Assembly (NCBI RefSeq): GCF_006345805.1
Contig: NW_021826332.1
Span: 1-13,029, forward strand
Source of the DNA: Octopus sinensis
Lineage: Eukaryota
Direction of reading: 5' to 3'
Length of the DNA: 13,029 nucleotides
A model generated the notes under the pieces. It had not been told where the DNA came from and ran no database searches. It saw only the letters and a program-made list of their open reading frames with translations. Positions within the stretch are counted from its first letter, which is position 1, and every line of letters begins with the position of its first letter. This document shows positions 1-8,469 of this stretch, piece after piece. The translations under genes and the position numbers were made by a program.

Positions 1-130
1 CGGTGGAGGGAGAAAAAAAGAATTAAAGAAAGTATGAGAGGGGAAAAAACGAAAGGGAGAGAAGGGGAGGAAAAGAATTAGAGAAAGGAAGAGAGATAAA
101 AAACGAAAGAGAGAGAGAGAGAGAGAGAGA
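1..130. repeat. Purine-rich low-complexity tract ending in (GA)n
   Basis: Almost only G/A on the + strand; pure GA run at about 110-129. Confidence 0.9.
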
Positions 131-154
131 CAGCAGTACAGAAGATAAACTTAC

Positions 155-168
155 TTGGGAATGGATGC
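155..168 (-). other. Candidate 14-nt microexon (GCATCCATTCCCAA)
   Basis: The minus strand reads CTGAT (branch-like, 208-212), then a U-rich tract with no AG for about 40 nt, then CAG|GCATCCATTCCCAA|GTAAGT. The donor is a perfect consensus. There is no homology support. Confidence 0.2.
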
Positions 169-218
169 CTGGCGTTCAATCATATAATAATATAAATAAA
201 ATAAAATATCAGTGACAG

Positions 219-448
219 TGGTTACTGTGAAAAACATTATATATTACTTGCAGAGGGACTCCTTCATCGAAGACCGGTGCTTACCATGCGTTGACGAGAG
301 GCAATGACCTTGAAACTATAGTCCGTATGTAGTACTCGGGTCTTCGAGGGAGGATGACGTCCCTTTGCAAGTAACACAAGGGCGCTGAGATAGCGTCTAA
401 AGTCCTTCTGGTGACGTTGATCGCCTGGGGCTAAAAGCATCAGTAACA
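219..448. other. GC-rich structured island with imperfect inverted termini (TGGTTACTG...CAGTAACA); possible LTR-like or structured-RNA element
   Basis: Inverted ends at 219-227 and 441-448. CCCCACCCCC at 449-458 reads as a GGGGGTGGGG polypurine tract immediately before TGTTA on the minus strand. Extensive internal self-complementarity. Confidence 0.4.
244..374 (+). ncRNA. Predicted 130-nt bulged RNA hairpin, family unknown
   Basis: Pairings read by eye: 244-259/359-374 (16 bp, 1 G-U), 260-265/349-354 (6 bp, 1 G-U), 267-275/339-347 (9 bp perfect), 277-281/331-335, 283-290/324-330 and 293-295/321-323. The four wobbles in these stems are G-U on + and would be A-C on -. The pairing is certain; transcription is unproven. 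Confidence 0.45.
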
Positions 449-499
449 CCCCACCCCCCAGTGTCTAGCCACATTCAGATGGCTAATACCCCCTATGTT

Positions 500-564
500 A
501 AAATATATATAAGCATACATATATGTAATACTGACATATATAACATAATATATATTATATTTAT

Positions 565-595
<31 letters not shown>

Positions 596-600
596 AACTA
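500..600. repeat. AT-rich / (TA)n microsatellite
   Basis: Degenerate TA runs; a similar tract lies at about 820-910. Confidence 0.85.
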
Positions 601-1090
601 AAGTTATTGAACAAAACAATGCAAGGTCATTTAATCATAGAATATACATATAAACATCCCGCAAGATGGAACGTAATTCATCTGTACAAGCATACAAGCA
701 TATAATAATAATAAGGTGCGACAAAAAAATTTTTTTTCATCACAGTTTAGAGTTAATATTTTAGCGATTCAGAAAAATACATTTTTAAAAAAAAAAAACC
801 TAGAAAGTAAAAATATAATATAAAATAATATATAAAAATATATAGGTATATAAAAATATATAAAATATATATATATACATATAAGAGCATATAAAAAATA
901 TATAATATATATCATGTAAATAAAATCAAAGTTCATCGTTTAGAAATCTTATTAAATAATTATTCAAGTAAAAGAAGCCTTATAGTTAAAAAGGGAACCA
1001 TTACAGTCAAGAAAGCTAAAATACATAATCATTAGTTTTATAAGCTTGACACTCAGAGAAATGAAGAGTAGTCATGATATATTGGACACT

Positions 1091-1224
1091 AGGGCGGCGA
1101 GCTGGCTGAAACGTTAGCGGTATTTCGTCTGCTGCTACGTTTTGAGTTCGACTTTGCCTTTCATCATTTCGGGGTCGATAAATTACGTACTGAGGTCGAT
1201 CTCCCCCAAAATTTCGGGCCTTGA
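1091..1224 (+). mobile_element. tRNA-derived SINE (octopus OR-type head GGCGGCGAGCTGGC...), internally deleted, with 14-bp TSD
   Basis: Collinear with the copies at 10141-10368 and 11959-12196 (GGCGAGCTGGC, GGTATTTCGTC, GACTTTGCCTTTCATC, GGGGTCGATAAA). Flanked by the identical direct repeat ATATATTGGACACT at 1077-1090 and 1225-1238. Confidence 0.9.
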
Positions 1225-1430
1225 ATATATTGGACACTGTTTTCTGCAGAATATACATACATAGAAAGGGAGAGAGAGAGACATACATACGTACATAAAT
1301 ACACACACACACACATATACATATATATATATATATATATTATATATTAATAAATAAAATCAAACATATGCATATATATAAACATATATGTACGTACCTT
1401 CCTCTACATGTACAATACACGCATATATGT

Positions 1431-1615
1431 GTACAGGACACCAAAAGGATGTCGAACACAATGAGAAACGAAAACATAGACACAAACCAAAGGAACTGGA
1501 CATTTAATTAAAAACAAGCAAAAAAATAGAGTACAGGACAATTAACACAAAGAAAAAAAAACCCCTTCTTCAGTCGCCATGTTTCATCTACTCTACGTTT
1601 CGAAGGATAAAAGTG
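1431..1615. repeat. Probable interspersed repeat fragment (possibly Penelope-associated)
   Basis: GTACAGGACA direct repeat at 1431-1440 and 1531-1540. The minus strand carries GAAACGTA (1594-1601) and CTGAAGA (1567-1573). The resemblance to an abundant octopus repeat is from memory only. Confidence 0.3.
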
Positions 1616-1618
<3 letters not shown>

Positions 1619-1667
<49 letters not shown>

Positions 1668-1720
1668 ATATATATATATATATATAGCTATATATATTAT
1701 ATATATATAATATATATACA
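1619..1720. repeat. (TA)n microsatellite
   Basis: Long, nearly pure TA run. Confidence 0.95.
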
Positions 1721-1734
1721 CATATTCTTATACA

Positions 1735-2020
1735 CAGTGATCTCCCGACTATCGCGGGTGTTACGTTCCAACCCATCCCCACCGCGATAAGTGAATCTCC
1801 ACGTAGTAGAAACAGTACTATACTGTATATTTAAAAAAAAATATTTTTATAGTTTGTATTATTTTCTTTTTTATGATAAATGTAAAACAACACCACAGAG
1901 GAATCGACATAAGCTTAAATAATGAACCGCGATAGGTGAACCGCGATAGGTGAACCGCGATAGGTGAACCGCGATAGGTGAACCGCGATAGGTGAACCGC
2001 GATATGGTGAGGGATTACTG
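1735..2020. mobile_element. Tigger/pogo-like MITE (Tc1-mariner superfamily, non-autonomous)
   Basis: Imperfect TIRs: CAGTGATCTCCCGACTATCGCGG on the left and CAGTAATCCCTCACCATATCGCGG (reverse complement) on the right. TA at 2021-2022 (the left flank is CA). AT-rich non-coding interior, 286 bp. Confidence 0.8.
1923..2004 (+). repeat. Perfect 14-bp tandem array (TGAACCGCGATAGG) x5 plus a 12-bp partial copy, inside the MITE
   Basis: Units start at 1923, 1937, 1951, 1965, 1979 and 1993, with no spacers. Confidence 0.97.
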
Positions 2021-2026
2021 TACGTA

Positions 2027-2428
2027 TACTCTTTTACTCCTTTACTTGTTTCAGTCATTTGACTGCGGCCATGCTGCAGCACCGCCTTTAGTCGAGCAAC
2101 TCGACCCCGGGACTTATTCTTTTTTTTTGTAAGCCCAGTACTTATTCTATCGGTCTCTTTATGCCGAACCGCTAAGTGACGGGGACGTAAACACACCAGC
2201 ATCGGTTGTCAAGCAATGCTAGGGGAACAAACACAGACACACAAACACACACACATACATATATATACATATATACGACAGTTTCCGTCTACCAAATCCA
2301 CTCACAAGGCATTGGTCGGCCCAGGGCTATAGCAGAAGACACTTGCCCAAGATGCCACGCAGCGGGATTGAACCCGGAACCATGTGGTTGGTTAGCAAGC
2401 TACTTACCACACAGCCACTCCTGCGCCT
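2027..2428 (-). mobile_element. Near full-length tRNA-derived SINE (octopus OK-type: tRNA head, GGGCAAGTGTCTT core, internal microsatellite, AAGAGTA-repeat tail)
   Basis: Minus strand: A box TGGCTGTGTGG (2407-2417), B box GGTTCAATCCC (2364-2374). The body is shared with the copies at 7645-7862, 8245-8724 and 8933-9311. The subfamily name is from memory and uncertain. Confidence 0.92.
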
Positions 2429-2469
2429 ATATATGTAAATCTGTATATATATATATATATATATATAGT

Positions 2470-2501
<32 letters not shown>

Positions 2502-2760
2502 CTATATGTATGTATGTATATAATAGTATATAATATATGTACCTTAATATATATATATAGCTATAATATATATATAATATAATACATACATACGTACCAT
2601 ATAACATATAATACTATACTAAGGCCCTTGTATATACCTATATATATATTATATATATATATATATGTATTGTATGTATGTACACACACACAGGGTAAGG
2701 CTTTCTGTATATATATATATATATATTATATATGCAGTATGTATATATGTGTGTGTATGT
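2429..2760. repeat. Degenerate (TA)n/(TATG)n microsatellite region
   Basis: TA-dominated low complexity. Confidence 0.9.
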
Positions 2761-2810
2761 ATAAATAGTTGAGAATTAAATACTTTCCCAAATAAAATTG
2801 CACTTCACTT

Positions 2811-2910
2811 TTGAAACTCTGAAGAAGCTATAGGGTAAATCACAAGCATTCAACTATGAGTGCATCGCATCATTCGAGCAGAAACAACTGTAAGCTATTG
2901 GAGTTCATCA
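2811..2910 (+). ncRNA. Degenerate type-I hammerhead-ribozyme-like motif (Penelope-type repeat remnant)
   Basis: CTGAAGA (2819-2825), GCT..AGC stem II closure (2827-2829/2877-2879) enclosing hairpin 2846-2863, GAAAC (2881-2885), 4-nt loop, GTA triplet (2890-2892). Stem I is only 2 bp adjacent to the core. Confidence 0.4.
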
Positions 2911-2946
2911 CAATTTCTTATTTCATTGTCATTCTAATTCCTTAAG

Positions 2947-3012
2947 TACACACACACACACACACACCACACACACATACACACACACACACACACACGC
3001 ACACACACACAT
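2947..3012. repeat. (CA)n microsatellite
   Basis: CA run with a few interruptions. Confidence 0.95.
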
Positions 3013-3058
3013 ACCGACATAAAGAGAAACTTGTAGATATTTCATTGAATGGGTTGGA

Positions 3059-3280
3059 TTGATGATGATGATGATGATGATGATAATGATGATGATGATA
3101 ATGACGACCACGACAGCGATGATGATGATGATGATGATTACACTGACGATGAAGATGAAAATGTTAATTATGATGATGGTGTCGCTACACTGTTTCTACC
3201 ACTACAGCGTGATGATGGTGATGACGACGATGATGATGATGATGATGATACTGAGGAGGAGGAGGAGGAGGAGGAGGATG

Positions 3281-3315
<35 letters not shown>

Positions 3316-3359
3316 TGACGATGGTTGATGATGATGATGATGTGATTGATGATAGGAGG

Positions 3360-3390
<31 letters not shown>

Positions 3391-3451
3391 ATGATGATTA
3401 TGATGATGATGATGATTATGATCGATGATGATGATGATGATGATGAGAGGA

Positions 3452-3491
<40 letters not shown>

Positions 3492-3542
3492 GAGATTGAT
3501 GATGATGATGATGATGATGATGATGAGGATGATGAGATGATG

Positions 3543-3588
<46 letters not shown>

Positions 3589-3753
3589 GGAGGAGGAGGA
3601 GGAGGAGGAGATGATGATGATGATGATGATATGACGATGGTGATGATGATGATGATGATGATGAGGAGGAGGAGGAGGAGGAGGATGATGATGATGATGA
3701 TGATGATAGTGACGATGGTGATGATGATGATGATGATGAGGAGGAGGAGGAGG

Positions 3754-3798
<45 letters not shown>
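3059..3798. repeat. Compound (GAT)n/(GAG)n trinucleotide tract
   Basis: About 740 bp of GAT interrupted by GAG runs; source of the poly-D/M/H/S/I ORFs. Confidence 0.97.
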
Positions 3799-3863
3799 CA
3801 CAGATAAAATACACAGCCGCAATTTACCAGTCAAACAACCAGTGAAGTATGAAATAGAAGGAA

Positions 3864-4135
3864 ATCTCTCTCTCACTCTCTCTCTCTCATTATCTATTAC
3901 TTCCTCCTCCTCAACCACCCTCTCTCTCTACCTCTCTTTTTCTACCTCTCTCTCCCTCTCCCTCTCTCTCTTCTCTCTCTTCCTCTCCATCTCTCTCTCC
4001 TTTCCACACATGGAAACATCAATCACTCCCACTCACTCACTCTCTCTCACTCCTACCCCAAACTCTCTCTCTATCTCCCCCTCTTTCTCCTTCTATTTCT
4101 CTCGACACTCTCTCTCCTCCTCCTCCTCCTCCTCT
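3864..4135. repeat. Pyrimidine-rich (CT)n/(CTC)n low-complexity tract
   Basis: C/T-dominated + strand. Confidence 0.9.
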
Positions 4136-4437
4136 GCTTCACCACTGGCTCAGTCCTGTCACACACCAATAAATACACCATTATTACCAATTATCGAATG
4201 ATAGATTCCGTTAATTATTTTATAGTCCGTCAATGTTGTTTCAAATTTCTCTAATTCACAAATTCCACATCCTCTTTAGAATTAGCGTCTTTTATTTTGT
4301 TTTAGAAAAAAAAAGGGGGTCTTGTTGTTGTTTTTGGTGTTGTTGTTGTTGGTTTTTCAAAAAGAATTTTTCTACACCATGTAGTTTTTGCGTTTTTTTG
4401 AAAAAAAATTTTACTGTATTACAAATGCATGCGCACG

Positions 4438-4462
4438 TAAACACACGCACGTACACACACAC

Positions 4463-4500
<38 letters not shown>

Positions 4501-4577
4501 ACACACATACACACACTGATATATTAGAATACATATGTATGTACTTATGTATGCATGTGTGTACATATATGTATATA

Positions 4578-4616
<39 letters not shown>

Positions 4617-4692
4617 TTATATGTCTATCTTTACTCACACACATATATATAATATGTTTGTATATAATATTATATATATATATATATATACA

Positions 4693-4775
<83 letters not shown>

Positions 4776-5322
4776 GTCTGTGTTGTGTGTGTGTGCATAA
4801 TATATACAGAGACACAATGAGAATACATGTATGTGTGTAAATGTATTGTCTTTATGTGTGTCTATGTGTGTACGGTATACACCCATGTGCACATATCTGT
4901 CTAACTATACATATATACATACATATAAACATACATACATACATACATAAGCATACATACATACATAGATACATACATACATACATACATACATGCACGC
5001 ATATACATAAATACATGAATACATACATACATACACATTTATGTACATACATATATATGTACACACACATATACATGCATACGCAAACACATACAGACAC
5101 ACATAATACGCATACACCATGCACGCACATACATACATGCACATACATACATACATACATACACATACATGCATACATAATACATACATACAAAAATACA
5201 TACAAGACACATACAATACATACATACATACATAATACATACATACACACATACATACATACATACATACATCATACTACATCATACATACATACATACA
5301 TACATACATACATACATACATA
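4438..5322. repeat. Compound microsatellite block: (CA)n, (TA)n, (TG)n, (TACA)n
   Basis: Successive dinucleotide and tetranucleotide runs. Confidence 0.95.
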
Positions 5323-5629
5323 CAATCTCTATTCAGTATTCAGTTTTCTGTAATATATTCGTTTTCTTTTTTTGTTTTTTACTTTATTAAATTTTTTTTT
5401 TTATTCCAATAATCCATTGTTAGAATTTGACGGGTTTAATTCACAAGAGAATTTTACTAATATGCTTTCCAGAACCGACATAAATTGAATTAAACACGTA
5501 ATAAAATAAAACAAAGGCAAACGAAATAAAATTATTTTAAATTGAATATGGAATTTAAAAAAAAAAATTAAACAAGTTTTTTTTTTTATCATTTTAATAT
5601 TAATATTATTTATTCTTATTTCCATAATA

Positions 5630-5788
5630 AAAAATAATAAACATAATAATAATAATAATAATAATAATTATAACATAATAATAATAATAATAATAATAAT
5701 ATAATAATATAATAATAATAATAAAATAATAATGATAATGATGATGAATATATGATATGAATGAGGATGATGATGAGATGAGATAATC

Positions 5789-5823
<35 letters not shown>

Positions 5824-5888
5824 TGATGATGATGAGGATGAGATGATGATGATGATGATGATGATGATGTGATAATAATGAATAATAA

Positions 5889-5980
<92 letters not shown>

Positions 5981-5990
5981 GATGATGATG

Positions 5991-6035
<45 letters not shown>

Positions 6036-6051
6036 TATTATTATTATTATT
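5630..6051. repeat. (AAT)n/(GAT)n trinucleotide tract
   Basis: Alternating AAT and GAT blocks. Confidence 0.95.
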
Positions 6052-6321
6052 ACTGTACATTTATACAACATTTATTGAAAAAAAATTTAGTATTTTTACA
6101 CAGAGCGAATCCTATGCTATCGCAAATAAAATCAAAGTAAAATTTTACTGCATCAAATGGCGGGGATAATGAAAAAGGGAAAGAAAAGAAACAAAAGTAA
6201 TAAAAACAACTAAAACAAAAATACTTTCTAGCATTCACTTATGCAGTCAGTAGGGAAACAATTGTTGTTTAAATTATATATCACAATATTTTATCTGATA
6301 TGGGGCGGGGGGAAAAAAGCT

Positions 6322-7181
6322 TTGGTTGACAACATGCTCCCTTCCTAAGTAACATATTACAAAATATTGACTGAAATGAATCTTGTGATCGCTAATTCTT
6401 TATATAACATCATGATATCGTATTTGTTGTGGGACAGATGTGGTTTGCAGCGTACCTCCCCCTCCTTAGTAACATCTCATGAAATATTGACTAAAATAAA
6501 TCTTCTGATCGCTAGTATTTTATATATTACTAGCAGTATCGCCCGGCGTTGCTCGGGTTTGTAAGGGAAATAACTATATAAGCATTTTTAGAGATGTAAA
6601 GTATAATAGCCATCTCAATATGGCTAACCACAAAGAGGGGATGTTACTGTAGCTTTTTACGTTCTGAGATTTAATAATAAATTTTTAGAGAGTTACTTCC
6701 CTTATATATGCTAAAAATGCATTAAAAATGGGAAAAATTGATGGTAAATTTCTTTTTTAAATCGTAGACTCATCGTAGACGCGCGCTAATACCCAGAAGG
6801 GCTCGATATGAATCACGACTATAAGATACCCGGTTTTGGTTAAACTGCACCGCAAAATGTGGGAGTAGTTAGGAATCTAAATCGTAGGAGACAGACAGCA
6901 CACAACCTCTCTTTTATATATAAAGATAATACGTATTTGCTGTGGGACAGATTTGGTTGACAACGTGTTTCCTTCCCTAGTAACAGCCGACAAAATGTTG
7001 ACTGAAATCAACATACTGGTCGCTTGTACTTTATATAATATCATGATATCGTATTTCTTGTGGAACAGATTTGATTGACAATGTACGCCCTTCCGTAGTA
7101 ACATCTCACAAAAAATACTAGTAACAACCTTGCGAACCCTAGTATTTTAGAACACGGCATCATGTTTCTTGTGGGGCACGT
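6322..7181 (+). repeat. Diverged ~118-bp tandem repeat, 4 units, unit 2 interrupted by a Helitron
   Basis: Units: 6322-6439 (118 bp), 6440-6529 plus 6927-6952 (116 bp), 6953-7070 (118 bp), 7071-~7181. Shared blocks include TTGGTTGACAAC, CTTCC..AGTAACA, TTGACTGAAAT, G(A/G)TCGCT, TTTATATA and CGTATTT..TGTGGGACAGAT. Confidence 0.85.
6530..6926 (-). mobile_element. Non-autonomous Helitron (397 bp)
   Basis: The minus strand starts A|TCTTTATATATAAAAG and ends CCCGAGCAACGCCGGG (GC hairpin 6542-6557), 8 nt, CTAG|T. This gives canonical 5'-TC and 3'-CTAG termini, an A|T target and no TSD. Removing it restores a normal-length unit of the flanking tandem repeat. Confidence 0.88.
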
Positions 7182-7296
7182 TCAGTAGACATGCGCGTGT
7201 CTTCTTTGATAACTGCCCACAGAATTCTGGCTGCACCAACTTTTGACCCTCTTCAAGTAATTCTACTCTATATAATAATGACTTCTGTTTTATTTC

Positions 7297-7610
7297 AGAG
7301 GCGGCCTCTACACGATCGCATGCATAACTAGAAATAACAGTTAAATCTGTCTCAAATCATAACCCCATCATCTTAGAAATGGACACGATGGATAACGTAA
7401 ATCTGAGATTCCAACACACAGGGAAAACTGAAACGTGATGGTTACGGCTGGAATGCATTTGATCATAGATCTACAACATTTCATGTAGAAGGCTTCAAGA
7501 TTTTGGTTGTCCTGAGACTGTGATAAAAGGCATCTACTCGTTGGTATTGAACCCCTACATCTTGTTATTATGAATCGAGTGTTTGAACCACTCAGCCACA
7601 CTTGTGGCCT
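7297..7610 (-). mobile_element. Older tRNA-derived SINE of a third body type
   Basis: Minus strand: A box TGGCTGAGTGG (7588-7598), B box GGTTCAATACC (7543-7553). The 3' body (TGATCAAATGCATTCCAGCC...ATTTCTAG...TAGAGGCCGCCTCT) differs from the other SINEs here. Confidence 0.65.
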
Positions 7611-7644
7611 TAGGAGGCTCTTACGCAAATCATTATTCACCTTG

Positions 7645-7862
7645 TGTTTGTTTCAGTAATTGAGCTGCGACCATACTTGGGCACAGTTTCGAAGGTATTC
7701 ATATTTCAAAGCTTGGTGCTTATTTTATCGGCCTGTTTTGTCGAGCTGCTCAGCTATGGGGGCGTAAACAAACCAACACCAGTTGTCAAGTAGTAGTGGA
7801 GGATAAGCACAAACACACACACGCAAGCACGTAGATATATATATATCTATACGAGACTCTCG
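7645..7862 (-). mobile_element. Decayed 3' half of an OK-type SINE
   Basis: TTGTTTCAGT..TG.CTGCG.CCAT, CTTATTTTATCG and GTAAACAAACCAACACCAGTTGTCAAG align to 2045-2215. Confidence 0.75.
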
Positions 7863-8244
7863 GTAATCCATAAGTGAAGTAGATACGAAAGTCAAATTAT
7901 CCTCATTTCTCAAGCCGTGGGTTTGTGCGCGCGCACATATGATTTGAAACCGGCGCACAAGAAAGAAATTAATGTGCACACAAAAAATTAGCTTGTACAC
8001 AAAAGGTCAATCCCCTTCAGTAATGGTGCAATTATTAATAATTATAATTATCAAACAGTCACTGTTATAAACATACTTTCGACACAGAAAAAATATATTA
8101 CGCATCATAAGATTGTAACATAGACTCATTACTGAAAAGTAGAGTTAACTCGGTCCATCATCTTTAACATAGGATTAAGGGAAAGCGTTTGGTGACATTT
8201 GTTATGTTTCTGCATAGAAACACTGAGAGAAAATTTCCAGAGTG

Positions 8245-8392
8245 GAACAAGCCGTAACTGAGTGGTTAAAAAGCTCGTTTGCAGCCACGTGGTTTTGGGT
8301 TCGATCGCACGGCGCAACATATTGGGTGTGTCCTACTATAGTCCCGGTTCGACCAAATTTTGGTAGATGGAAACTGTGTGAAAGCCTGTTGG

Positions 8393-8469
<77 letters not shown>

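Noticed and set aside
300-345. SECIS-like ATGA...AAA in the hairpin loop
   Set aside because: The ATGA-to-AAA spacing is only about 5 nt, and there is no opposing GA quartet geometry.
264-449. 61-aa minus-strand ORF over the structured island
   Set aside because: Short, no recognisable domain, and expected by chance in GC-richer sequence.
710-740. Possible mariner-like terminus TAAGGTGCGACAAAAA
   Set aside because: No matching second TIR found in the window.
1561-1606. Permuted (type II) hammerhead on the minus strand: CCTTC-GAAACGTA...CTGAAGA-AGGGG
   Set aside because: The core words are present, but stem I between GUA and CUGA does not pair; kept only as a repeat fragment.
1923-2004. CRISPR-like regular repeat
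   Set aside because: Contiguous 14-bp units without spacers, inside a eukaryotic MITE; no cas genes.
2330-2428. Functional tRNA genes at SINE heads (also 7540-7610, 10145-10235, 12105-12195)
   Set aside because: A and B boxes are present, but the sequences run into SINE bodies and do not form a complete cloverleaf.
3049-3918. Long poly-D, poly-H, poly-S and poly-I ORFs (e.g. 238 aa at 3202-3918)
   Set aside because: Trinucleotide repeats lacking stops in several frames on both strands; no splice or codon evidence.
4233-5353. Multiple 80-170 aa ORFs (YIYI, HTHT, CVCV, MYVC)
   Set aside because: Translations of di- and tetranucleotide microsatellites.
5401-5625. 74-aa minus-strand ORF and possible small exon after TTTCCAG (5472)
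   Set aside because: AT-rich low-complexity composition; the + strand candidate has stops in all three frames.
6322-6439. 5S rRNA array suggested by the ~118-bp unit length
   Set aside because: AT-rich, with no 5S sequence, internal control boxes or 5S fold.
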